Positions 56,854 through 64,000 of a DNA stretch of 64,000 bases are shown here, piece after piece. Position numbers and translations under genes: made by a program. Under the pieces are notes generated by a model. That model was not told where the DNA came from. It did not search any database and was given only the letters and a program-made list of their open reading frames with translations. Source of the DNA: a virus; IMG/VR virus record IMGVR_UViG_3300023202_000142, positions 96,001-160,000 of that record. One strand, given 5' to 3'. Position 1 is the stretch's first letter. Every line of letters starts with the position of its first letter.

Positions 56854-57693
56854 ATGGCAGATTTCCTCCAGTTCGCGACCGCGCCACCAGGCACGGACAA
56901 CGATCTGGCGAGGATGTTTCTCATCCCGCTGGACCCGAACTCCGGCGAGCGCCTTGTTGGTCCGCTCGGCGGTGTCCCCGGGATTCAGCCCGAGGATCTT
57001 CCGACGATCCAGTTGCAGTACTGGCCAGAGACCGTCACGTACACCCGTGGCGAGATCGGCTGGCAGCAGCGCAATGTGCCAGGGCTGTCCCATTCGCTGT
57101 ACCAGTGGACCGGGAACGGCTCACCGTCGTTGCAGTTCGAGTCCGTGTTCACGTCTGACCACGACCCAGCTTACACGCCGCTGGAGTCCGTGCTGCCGGA
57201 CACCGATCAGGGAACGATTCGAGACCTTGATCTCAATGAGGTGTCTGCCTGGTTCACTGCTGCCACAAACCCGCTGTATGCCGATGGCCCGACTGCAGAC
57301 ATCCCAGTGAACCCCCCGCCCGTGATCCAACTGGTGCCGGAATCGAGGGCGCCCAACGTTTCTGAGTTGGCAGGGGTTCAGTCACTGAATCTGGGTCCCG
57401 CGGTGACATCGTCGGCAACCCGAAACGCGAGGTCAGACTTTCCGATCGATGCGGGCCTCGGGTCAGCAAGTGAGATTGGCACTACCTTCTCGCAGATTGA
57501 TCGAGATTTCTTCGGCATTATCAAGGACTACTCGGTTGTCTATGAGAAGTGGTGGCCGAGCGGCGCGCCGCGGATCATTCGTTGCAACATCACCCTCCAC
57601 GAAGTGATTCAGCTTGGTGGCGAGATCTTGCCTCATGGGCGTGATCGCAACATCAAGGTTTTCAAGACCTATCGCCTGATCGGTAACTCTTAG
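56854..57693 (+). CDS. Tube initiator / CIS-tube-like baseplate protein (gp48/gp54-like)
   Basis: LQYWPETVTY, QWTGNG..LQFESVF, IIKDYSV.Y..W..G.PR....ITLHEV. Confidence 0.75.
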   Translation: MADFLQFATAPPGTDNDLARMFLIPLDPNSGERLVGPLGGVPGIQPEDLPTIQLQYWPETVTYTRGEIGWQQRNVPGLSHSLYQWTGNGSPSLQFESVFTSDHDPAYTPLESVLPDTDQGTIRDLDLNEVSAWFTAATNPLYADGPTADIPVNPPPVIQLVPESRAPNVSELAGVQSLNLGPAVTSSATRNARSDFPIDAGLGSASEIGTTFSQIDRDFFGIIKDYSVVYEKWWPSGAPRIIRCNITLHEVIQLGGEILPHGRDRNIKVFKTYRLIGNS

Positions 57694-57755
57694 GCACCAT
57701 TCGTGGGGGTTACCGCGTTGTCTGGCTCTGCGATTGGCCTGACAATGGGGGGACA

Positions 57756-58205
57756 ATGTACCTCGCTGTAGTAGACATATCGACATTGACGCAATTGTTC
57801 GCGGAGCAGGGGCCCCTTGCGATTGTCGCGGTCATCCTGACGTTTCTCGTGACGAAGTTCGTTGACTTCGTTATCGACAGGCGCTCGAAGGCTGTAGATC
57901 AGAACCTTATCGAGGGCACAACGATTCGTGCCGAGTTGCGCGAGGAGGTGGTGCAGCTCAAGCAGGACATCAAAGAACTGTCTGAGGAGGTCGACATTTG
58001 GCGGGAGAAGTATCTTGAGGTCCGGGATGACCTGGGGGTCACGAAGGTCACGCTGCACGCTGCGAGCGAAGAGTCGAGGATGTTGCGTCAAAAGTTGGTC
58101 GAGGTCGTCGAGGTCACGGAGGGCCAGGGCATTCACCTCGGCGTTTCTATTCGGCCGCTCATTGATTCAATCGAAGGCTCTATTGTGGATGGATCTGACA
58201 GTTGA
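57756..58205 (+). CDS. Putative holin or lysis accessory (one TM helix plus coiled coil)
   Basis: GPLAIVAVILTFLVTKFV then heptad region; upstream of endolysin. Confidence 0.55.
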   Translation: MYLAVVDISTLTQLFAEQGPLAIVAVILTFLVTKFVDFVIDRRSKAVDQNLIEGTTIRAELREEVVQLKQDIKELSEEVDIWREKYLEVRDDLGVTKVTLHAASEESRMLRQKLVEVVEVTEGQGIHLGVSIRPLIDSIEGSIVDGSDS

Positions 58206-58230
58206 CAGTGCTGATCGATGTGCACATAAT
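58202..58230 (+). promoter_or_regulatory. Near-consensus sigma70 promoter for HTH gene and endolysin
   Basis: TTGACA-17 bp-CATAAT. Confidence 0.85.
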
Positions 58231-58235
58231 GCACC
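58219..58235. promoter_or_regulatory. Operator copy TGTGCA-CATAA-TGCACC overlapping the -10
   Basis: 1 mismatch to consensus. Confidence 0.65.
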
Positions 58236-58283
58236 AATCCGCAAGCCCCGGCGGAATTCTATACGACGCAGGAGAGTGTTCGA

Positions 58284-58559
58284 ATGAACTTTCACGGTAT
58301 TGAGGAAGACCCGCTGCCGCCGAAGACTGTGTGGGCGGTCCGTAAGGCGATGGGTCTTTCGCAGGAAGCCTTCGGTGAAGAGGTCGGAGTGACGCGACGC
58401 ACCGTCATTTCGTGGGAAAAGGATCCACCGGACAACAAGTACGCCCGTGCGTGCACGGGGCCGGCAAGGATTCTGATCCAGAACCACGCCGCCAAGATCA
58501 AGGACATCGATCCCGAAATGCAATCGCTCCTGCAGGAGCATGGGCTCCTTGCCGCCTGA
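58284..58559 (+). CDS. XRE/Cro-family helix-turn-helix regulator
   Basis: VRKAMGLSQEAFGEEVGVTRRTVISWE; AGGAG RBS. Confidence 0.9.
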   Translation: MNFHGIEEDPLPPKTVWAVRKAMGLSQEAFGEEVGVTRRTVISWEKDPPDNKYARACTGPARILIQNHAAKIKDIDPEMQSLLQEHGLLAA

Positions 58560-59694
58560 TCAGCCAGACATGGGACCACTCACCCCGCGGGAGGTCTTGA
58601 AGGGCTTTCTGAGGGCGCTGAAGCAGTCCTGGGGGCTATTACTTACACCGGACAAGCGTCCAGGGAAGGTTGACGTGTCTCAAGACGAGGTTCTTGAAGC
58701 TGTCGGTTGGAATCGCGCCAGACACAGCCGGCGCGACACCATGCAGATCCAGAAGGCTCTTGATGTTGGCGTTGACGGGTTCTGGGGGGAGGAGACCGTT
58801 ACTGCGGTGATGCAGTGGCAGTTCGATCACGACCTCAAGGTCGACGGGAAGGTCGGCTCCGAGACACTTCGGGCGCTGCAGGATGAACTGAACCCTGAGA
58901 AGGAATGGCGGGAACTCGATGACATCGAGATCGATCTAATCATTGGTCGAACCGTTGAGGTCGAGGCGGGCTATCAGGGCGACCCCTACGCGGCCATGAA
59001 CCTCGATGCCGAATATGAGGGTTGGTTTGACCGGCCGAAACGGGATGCCGAAGGCCGTCGTCTCCGGCCCGCTGAACGGGCTGAGCAGCCAGACCATCGC
59101 CCGCACAAGGCTTCGAGGTATGGTCCGCATGGTGGAATCCACATTGGGTTGAGTTGGGGCATCGTCCAGTTCACGCAGGACGGTGGCTCCCTGGGCCTCG
59201 TACTGAAGCGCGCGAACGAGATTTCCTCGAAGGATGTCACGTCGGTGTTTTGGCCCGATGAGACTGAACTGATTGACGTCTTGAATCGCTCCGGGGCCTC
59301 TGGCCTGAAGACGCTTGAGCGCCGGGGACCCAGAGTCCAGAAGGTCGGCGGCGAAGACCTCTGGAAGGATCCATGGCCCGCGAGATGGGAGGCGGCCTCA
59401 AGGCTGGAGACGTTTCGTCGTGCTCAGCGAGACGTCGCGAGGGCGTCCTACTTTGAGCCGGCCCTGGACATCGTGCGTGATTACGGCTTCACCGGCCAGG
59501 GGGCGCTTGCGGTTGCGTTCGACATGTCAGTGCAATATGGCCCCGCTGGTGCCAGGAAGTACTTTCGTCGAGCTGGTGAGGGTGCGAGCATCGAGAACGT
59601 GATCGCGCAGATCGGAAACGAAAGACTCCGTGCGCGTCGTCTGGAGGTGCTGGCGCACTCCGATGTCTGGGTACATTACGAGGATCTTGCATGA
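58540..59694 (+). CDS. Modular endolysin: peptidoglycan-binding domain plus lysozyme-fold (GH46-like) domain; start may be 58570
   Basis: IQKAL..VDGFWGEET..LKVDGKVGSETL; FRRAQ..YFEPAL..FDMSVQYG. Confidence 0.82.
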   Translation: MGSLPPDQPDMGPLTPREVLKGFLRALKQSWGLLLTPDKRPGKVDVSQDEVLEAVGWNRARHSRRDTMQIQKALDVGVDGFWGEETVTAVMQWQFDHDLKVDGKVGSETLRALQDELNPEKEWRELDDIEIDLIIGRTVEVEAGYQGDPYAAMNLDAEYEGWFDRPKRDAEGRRLRPAERAEQPDHRPHKASRYGPHGGIHIGLSWGIVQFTQDGGSLGLVLKRANEISSKDVTSVFWPDETELIDVLNRSGASGLKTLERRGPRVQKVGGEDLWKDPWPARWEAASRLETFRRAQRDVARASYFEPALDIVRDYGFTGQGALAVAFDMSVQYGPAGARKYFRRAGEGASIENVIAQIGNERLRARRLEVLAHSDVWVHYEDLA

Positions 59695-59903
59695 AGAGCG
59701 ATGCGGCTGATTGGTTGATGCAGCGGACCCGTGAACTGGTTTGCGACCACGCTCGTGAGCAACTGGAGTCGGATCAGGTCCACCTTGCGGGTCTCGGGAT
59801 GGAGAACCCCCTTCTGGACAGAATGCTGGAACTTGACGATGTCGAGATGCTGCGTGAACTGGCAGCGGTTTCTGCATCGCCGCCGATCGAGGAGGAAGAG
59901 TGA
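59691..59903 (+). CDS. Small hypothetical protein
   Basis: ATGA overlap, GAGG RBS. Confidence 0.55.
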   Translation: MKSDAADWLMQRTRELVCDHAREQLESDQVHLAGLGMENPLLDRMLELDDVEMLRELAAVSASPPIEEEE

Positions 59904-60148
59904 GCCTAATCGATCGAATCGATGCGATGCTGGAAGCGAATCCCTATCATGATCGTGGCGGTGAGTTCGTTAGTAAGGCCAAGGTCCGCGCTGGTACATA
60001 TTCACTCGGACGTAAGCGACACATCGTAAGACGCGACGGCGACAAGCTGAAGAAAGCTGTGGCTGATACTGGGTGTGGGCGCGATGCTCGACGCGATGAC
60101 GGCGATGTCAGGTGTTGGGACAACGAGGTCAAGGACGATACCGAATGA
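59900..60148 (+). CDS. Small basic protein, putative internal head protein
   Basis: GAGGAGG RBS; RIDAMLE N-terminus, NPYHDRGGEFVS motif. Confidence 0.6.
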   Translation: MSLIDRIDAMLEANPYHDRGGEFVSKAKVRAGTYSLGRKRHIVRRDGDKLKKAVADTGCGRDARRDDGDVRCWDNEVKDDTE

Positions 60149-60366
60149 TCTACGCTGTGGGAGCTATCTGTTTCATCGTGGGGGTGCTTGCATCATGGTT
60201 GGCGCTCAGGGCTCGTTACGACGCCGACAGGGCAACTGTGTGGGTCGAACCCGCAGAAGAGGGGGTCGTGTTTCGATCTTTCGATGCTGACGCCGTAGAG
60301 CGCATCAAGCAGGCTCTTGACGGCGAGCGGTCCTACACCGTCATGCGTGTCACCCGGCCTGAGTGA
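60145..60366 (+). CDS. Small protein with N-terminal TM helix
   Basis: MIYAVGAICFIVGVLASWLAL; ATGA overlap. Confidence 0.6.
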   Translation: MIYAVGAICFIVGVLASWLALRARYDADRATVWVEPAEEGVVFRSFDADAVERIKQALDGERSYTVMRVTRPE

Positions 60367-60413
60367 TTGCATCGTTGGCTGAGTTGGACGAGACTACGCC
60401 GTAGGAGGAATTT

Positions 60414-60638
60414 GTGGCGATCTTTGTTCATCGAGCCTACGACCCGGCCGGGGAAGAGTACGTGTATTGGCGTGCCGAAGAGCTAGACCTGGACGGCACC
60501 TTCTATGCGGGTGCGCCAAGCTTCAACACCCTTGAGAATCCCGTCCTTATCCGTCGAATCCTCTCTGGGGTTGAGAATTCCTATGTGTACGAGCCTGTAA
60601 CGCCAGGCACCTTGGTCGACCTCGAAGAGGTCTCCTGA
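60414..60638 (+). CDS. Small hypothetical protein
   Basis: AGGAGG RBS, GTG start. Confidence 0.65.
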   Translation: MAIFVHRAYDPAGEEYVYWRAEELDLDGTFYAGAPSFNTLENPVLIRRILSGVENSYVYEPVTPGTLVDLEEVS

Positions 60639-62671
60639 TGGCGGAACTGTTCATCATGCGTGGCTGGCACCCGCAGAGCGGCAGTTTCGCGCACTGGGTG
60701 ACGGAGGGGATCTATGACACCGCCGGCCTGTTTTATACAGGACCTCCGAGGTTCTCGGAGCTGGTCGACATCACGTTGGCCGACGTTATACCGATCGAAG
60801 AGGAATCGATCCTGTTCGCCTTCCGGGACACCCAGGACCGAGACGAGGACACGACTAACCACGAGGCGTTCACCCAGGCATCGGAACTAGACCGTCCTGA
60901 TGCTGTTGAGGCCAATGGTCCTGTAGCTGTCCAGGACACGCTGGAGCCCACACAGGACACTACAGCCGATGCTGGGTATGTCGTGGACTCAAGGGACCGC
61001 GTTGACCCCGTGGTCACCATCATCTCCTCGACGGGGTGGCCTCTCTGGGACCTTCACGAACTGATGTATGATTCCGCACCGTATGCGGGTCGGATCGACC
61101 AGCGTCTTCTGGCCCCTTCAGTTGGCGGAACACCAGGGGTTAGCGACACCGACGACGTCCGCGAAGTCCTCAACGACACGAATGCGGGCAACTCGCTTCA
61201 ACAGTCGTTAGCCGACCCGCCGACCTTTGATCTTGCGAATCGCGGACTGATTTTCGACTCCGGCGCCACGAATCGGTGGCTGGAAATCCCGACACCGGAC
61301 GTTTTCCTGGCCCCCACCGAGACGGCCCGGTTCTCGATCGCGTTCGGGTTCAATGGCGTCGGGCTATCGCAGGCGGTGTTCATTGACACCGGCGAGAACG
61401 ATGGTCGCAGCTTTGTGTTGCGGTACAACGGCTTTGCCAGCGACGTGATCTTCACAGCATATGACAGTTCGATGAGCCCGCTCTACAGCCTCTCCGCGTT
61501 CGTGGCGTCGGTGACCGGTGAACATGTGATCGTCGTGACGTCCGACGGTGAAGTGGCCGAACTGTACTACGACAACATGGAGACCCCGATCGCCACCACC
61601 GGCACTGCCGGAGTTCCGCTTTCGACCGAAGCTGGAGGTCATCATGGGCTTGTCACTGTCGGTCGATATGAGGACGGCAGTGGTGGTCGGTGGGATGGGT
61701 TTTTCCAGGGCATGATCCTGGACGAGTTCATCTGGCCACGAAACATGCGCGAGCGAGCCAAAGGCTATCTGCAGGAGTACGTGAAGGACCCCGAAGACCT
61801 GGGGCACCCGGACCTCGTGGACCTCCTGTACGTCAACGGAAATATTGGGTCTGGGTTTGTTACCCCCGCGAAAGCATCGACCACAGCGGAAGCCACTTCA
61901 GAGGCTCAGACGCGCTATGAGCCTGACACATTCGTCGCCGAATACGATGCCACTGATCTGTCCAGTCTCGCTCTGAACGACAACGGGACTGGCGGAGTTC
62001 CTTCTCTTGGTGGAACCGTAGGCCGTTGGCTCGACCAGGGTGGCGACTCTACGGCGGATGGCCGACAGGCGACAGCGGCAGATCGGCCGATTCGGTCGCT
62101 CATCCATGGCCGTCCTTCGGTCGAGTTCGTTTCGGATGACTGGCTTGACTGCCAGAACCTCGGATGGCTTTCCGGGGTCGATGCATCGGTTGTGATGTCG
62201 GTGGTTACGCTCACGACAGAAGATGGCGACACCCAGACCGTCTACCAGGCCGAGACGGATGCAGGTAGCTCTTGGATACTTCTCGACAAGTATCTTCCCG
62301 GCGGTGTCCCTAACTGGAGGGCAGGTGGTCGCAGAGTCTCTGGTGATTCATTCGGCTCGGTGGCGAAGGCTCTTGTCGGAGAATCCGGTGAGGGTTATGC
62401 AGTCTCATTGATCGGGATCAATGATTACGCTTCGCCCGCGCAGTCCTTTAGGGTCAATGGGGTTGAGTCAACGGCGTCCCCGACGTGGAGTGCCGGCACC
62501 GCAGAAGCTGTTAGTTCTGACGGGATCACCATTGGAGCTGCTGGTGGTGTCGATGGATGGACTGGCCACATCGAGCGCCTCGTTGTGTTGGACTCGGTTC
62601 CAGATGATCAGGAGATCCGTCTGTTCGAGACGTCGAAAGAGGTCTTTCATTCCGATGAGCACGGGGTCTAG
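60638..62671 (+). CDS. Virion protein with two LamG/concanavalin A-like domains
   Basis: GEHVIVVTSDG..LYYD, VTVGR..WDGFFQG; second domain FRVNG..ITIGA..WTGHIERLVV. Confidence 0.75.
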   Translation: MAELFIMRGWHPQSGSFAHWVTEGIYDTAGLFYTGPPRFSELVDITLADVIPIEEESILFAFRDTQDRDEDTTNHEAFTQASELDRPDAVEANGPVAVQDTLEPTQDTTADAGYVVDSRDRVDPVVTIISSTGWPLWDLHELMYDSAPYAGRIDQRLLAPSVGGTPGVSDTDDVREVLNDTNAGNSLQQSLADPPTFDLANRGLIFDSGATNRWLEIPTPDVFLAPTETARFSIAFGFNGVGLSQAVFIDTGENDGRSFVLRYNGFASDVIFTAYDSSMSPLYSLSAFVASVTGEHVIVVTSDGEVAELYYDNMETPIATTGTAGVPLSTEAGGHHGLVTVGRYEDGSGGRWDGFFQGMILDEFIWPRNMRERAKGYLQEYVKDPEDLGHPDLVDLLYVNGNIGSGFVTPAKASTTAEATSEAQTRYEPDTFVAEYDATDLSSLALNDNGTGGVPSLGGTVGRWLDQGGDSTADGRQATAADRPIRSLIHGRPSVEFVSDDWLDCQNLGWLSGVDASVVMSVVTLTTEDGDTQTVYQAETDAGSSWILLDKYLPGGVPNWRAGGRRVSGDSFGSVAKALVGESGEGYAVSLIGINDYASPAQSFRVNGVESTASPTWSAGTAEAVSSDGITIGAAGGVDGWTGHIERLVVLDSVPDDQEIRLFETSKEVFHSDEHGV

Positions 62672-62674
62672 GCA

Positions 62675-63496
62675 ATGGGCGGCATCTCTCAGTACCTCGC
62701 GCAGGAGGCCCTTGACCACATCGTGGGCGGCGCGGTTTACACGGCTCCAGGCACTTTGTACCTGGCCCTCTTCAATGTTGGCCACGGAACTACCCCGCTA
62801 ACTGAGGCGGACCTGACTGGGAACGAGGTGACGGTAGCCGGCTACTCTCGTCAGACGATCACGTTCGCGACCGCAACCCTGCTGGAACCAGAAGGCGCGA
62901 TCAGCAGGTCTGATTCTGCACCAACGTTCACCGCTGACCCCGCGCTCTCCGAGTCTACGGACGCCTGGGGGCTATTCGATGCATCGAGTGGAGGCAATCT
63001 CCTGTTCTGGGGCGAGATCGGACAGGTCAATGCCATTGTGGATGACACCGGGTTCACGATTCCTTCAGGGGACCTGGGCTGCAGAATCTCGGGCACCGTC
63101 TCGAATTACGCTGCCGCTGCTTTCATGGACCTGGTGCTCACCGGAACGGCATTTGCCTCACCGTCGACGTTTGTCGCGTTGTCGGATGTCGCAGCGTTCA
63201 CTCTTCTCGAATCTGATGCTGTCGCGAACGAACTGTCGTCGCCGGGGTACGCTCGGGTCAGTGTCAGTTTCGCGGCAGCAGTTACCGATGGCGTGGGCGC
63301 CCGAAGCGATCAGAACGCTGATGCCGATTTCCCGATCGCGGAGGACCTGTGGCCCTCGGCCAACGCGTTTCTGGTTTTCGATGCTGTCAGTTCTGGTAAC
63401 TTGTTGTGGTTCGGTCGAATGAGTCCGACATCACCGTTGGCCGGGCAGCAGCTCCGGCTGCCGTCTGGGTATTTGCGATTGAAGTTGGGTGCCTGA
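62675..63496 (+). CDS. Structural protein made of two tandem copies of one domain
   Basis: SQYLAQEALD..LYLALF..GYSRQ..GGNLLFWG repeated as SNYAAAAFMD..FVALS..GYARV..SGNLLWFG. Confidence 0.75.
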   Translation: MGGISQYLAQEALDHIVGGAVYTAPGTLYLALFNVGHGTTPLTEADLTGNEVTVAGYSRQTITFATATLLEPEGAISRSDSAPTFTADPALSESTDAWGLFDASSGGNLLFWGEIGQVNAIVDDTGFTIPSGDLGCRISGTVSNYAAAAFMDLVLTGTAFASPSTFVALSDVAAFTLLESDAVANELSSPGYARVSVSFAAAVTDGVGARSDQNADADFPIAEDLWPSANAFLVFDAVSSGNLLWFGRMSPTSPLAGQQLRLPSGYLRLKLGA

Positions 63497-64000
63497 TGCC
63501 AAACCTTAGCATTGACGGCGGGTTCTACTCCTATCTCGTGACACATTTATCGCGTGATAACGGAGAGCCGGGCTACGAGCCCGATCTTCCGGCGATGGAT
63601 GCTTACATGATCGACCAGCGTGACCGCTGGAAGTATGTCCTGGAGAATCAAAACGCCGGTCAGGATTGGTCGGTCGGCCGAGTCTTCAGGTGGGAGGGGG
63701 CCACGGATTACTACGCTTACGGCTTCGTTGTCAGTCTTCTGGATGGTGCCGGGGCTGCCACGGACCACGAGTTTCTGGTGGTGTACGGCGGCCCGGACAT
63801 CGGTACTGGCGCCCGTCGCGCCGCCCCGGAGGACGTCTTCAGTGATGACGTCAGTGACTATTTCAGGGTCTCTGGAGGTATTAATTCTGAGGGGTTCATT
63901 GGGTATCACTACAACTACGCGGCGCTTTCTGACACCTACGACGTAGGCGCAGGCGCTGATGTCGATCCTCCCAGCACGAACCCTCACACGGACCCGGCAG
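63496..64000 (+). CDS. Hypothetical protein, 3' truncated by window edge
   Basis: ATG overlapping upstream TGA; frame open to the window end (MPNLSIDGGFYSYLV..). Confidence 0.65.
   Translation, partial: MPNLSIDGGFYSYLVTHLSRDNGEPGYEPDLPAMDAYMIDQRDRWKYVLENQNAGQDWSVGRVFRWEGATDYYAYGFVVSLLDGAGAATDHEFLVVYGGPDIGTGARRAAPEDVFSDDVSDYFRVSGGINSEGFIGYHYNYAALSDTYDVGAGADVDPPSTNPHTDPA

Noticed and set aside
1-64000. Stop-codon reassignment
   Set aside because: Conserved genes are intact in the standard code and TAG, TGA and TAA all end genes at expected termini
53947-64000. Diversity-generating retroelement targeting fibres
   Set aside because: No reverse transcriptase and no template/variable repeat pair seen in this window

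Overview
64 kb of a large, GC-rich tailed dsDNA phage genome (myovirus with a T4-like head and a contractile tail); every supported gene is on the + strand. Order: replication/recombination block (primase, gp32-like SSB, GroES-like co-chaperonin, SF2 helicase, RecA, two resolvase-like nucleases, Cas4-like exonuclease); packaging and head (terS, terL, portal, core proteins, protease-scaffold fusion, major capsid); neck and fibre proteins; sheath, two tube paralogs, chaperone, tape measure; baseplate and fibres; lysis cassette with an embedded HTH regulator; LamG-type and further structural genes running off the right end. No tRNA, rRNA, CRISPR array or mobile element was seen. Best leads: (1) a 17-bp palindrome TGTGCA-N5-TGCACA in four intergenic gaps, each beside a TTGAC(A/G) hexamer, one upstream of the HTH gene, suggesting a single-repressor regulon; (2) a candidate ~135-nt structured sRNA behind the capsid gene; (3) a three-way-junction RNA with an SD-occluding hairpin before groES; (4) a -1 frameshift site ending the tail chaperone; (5) a shared N-terminal motif resembling a capsid-targeting sequence; (6) metal-binding insertions in primase, RecA and Cas4-like proteins; (7) one beta module reused in capsid, sheath and baseplate. 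All family assignments come from reading motifs by eye; no database search or folding program was run.
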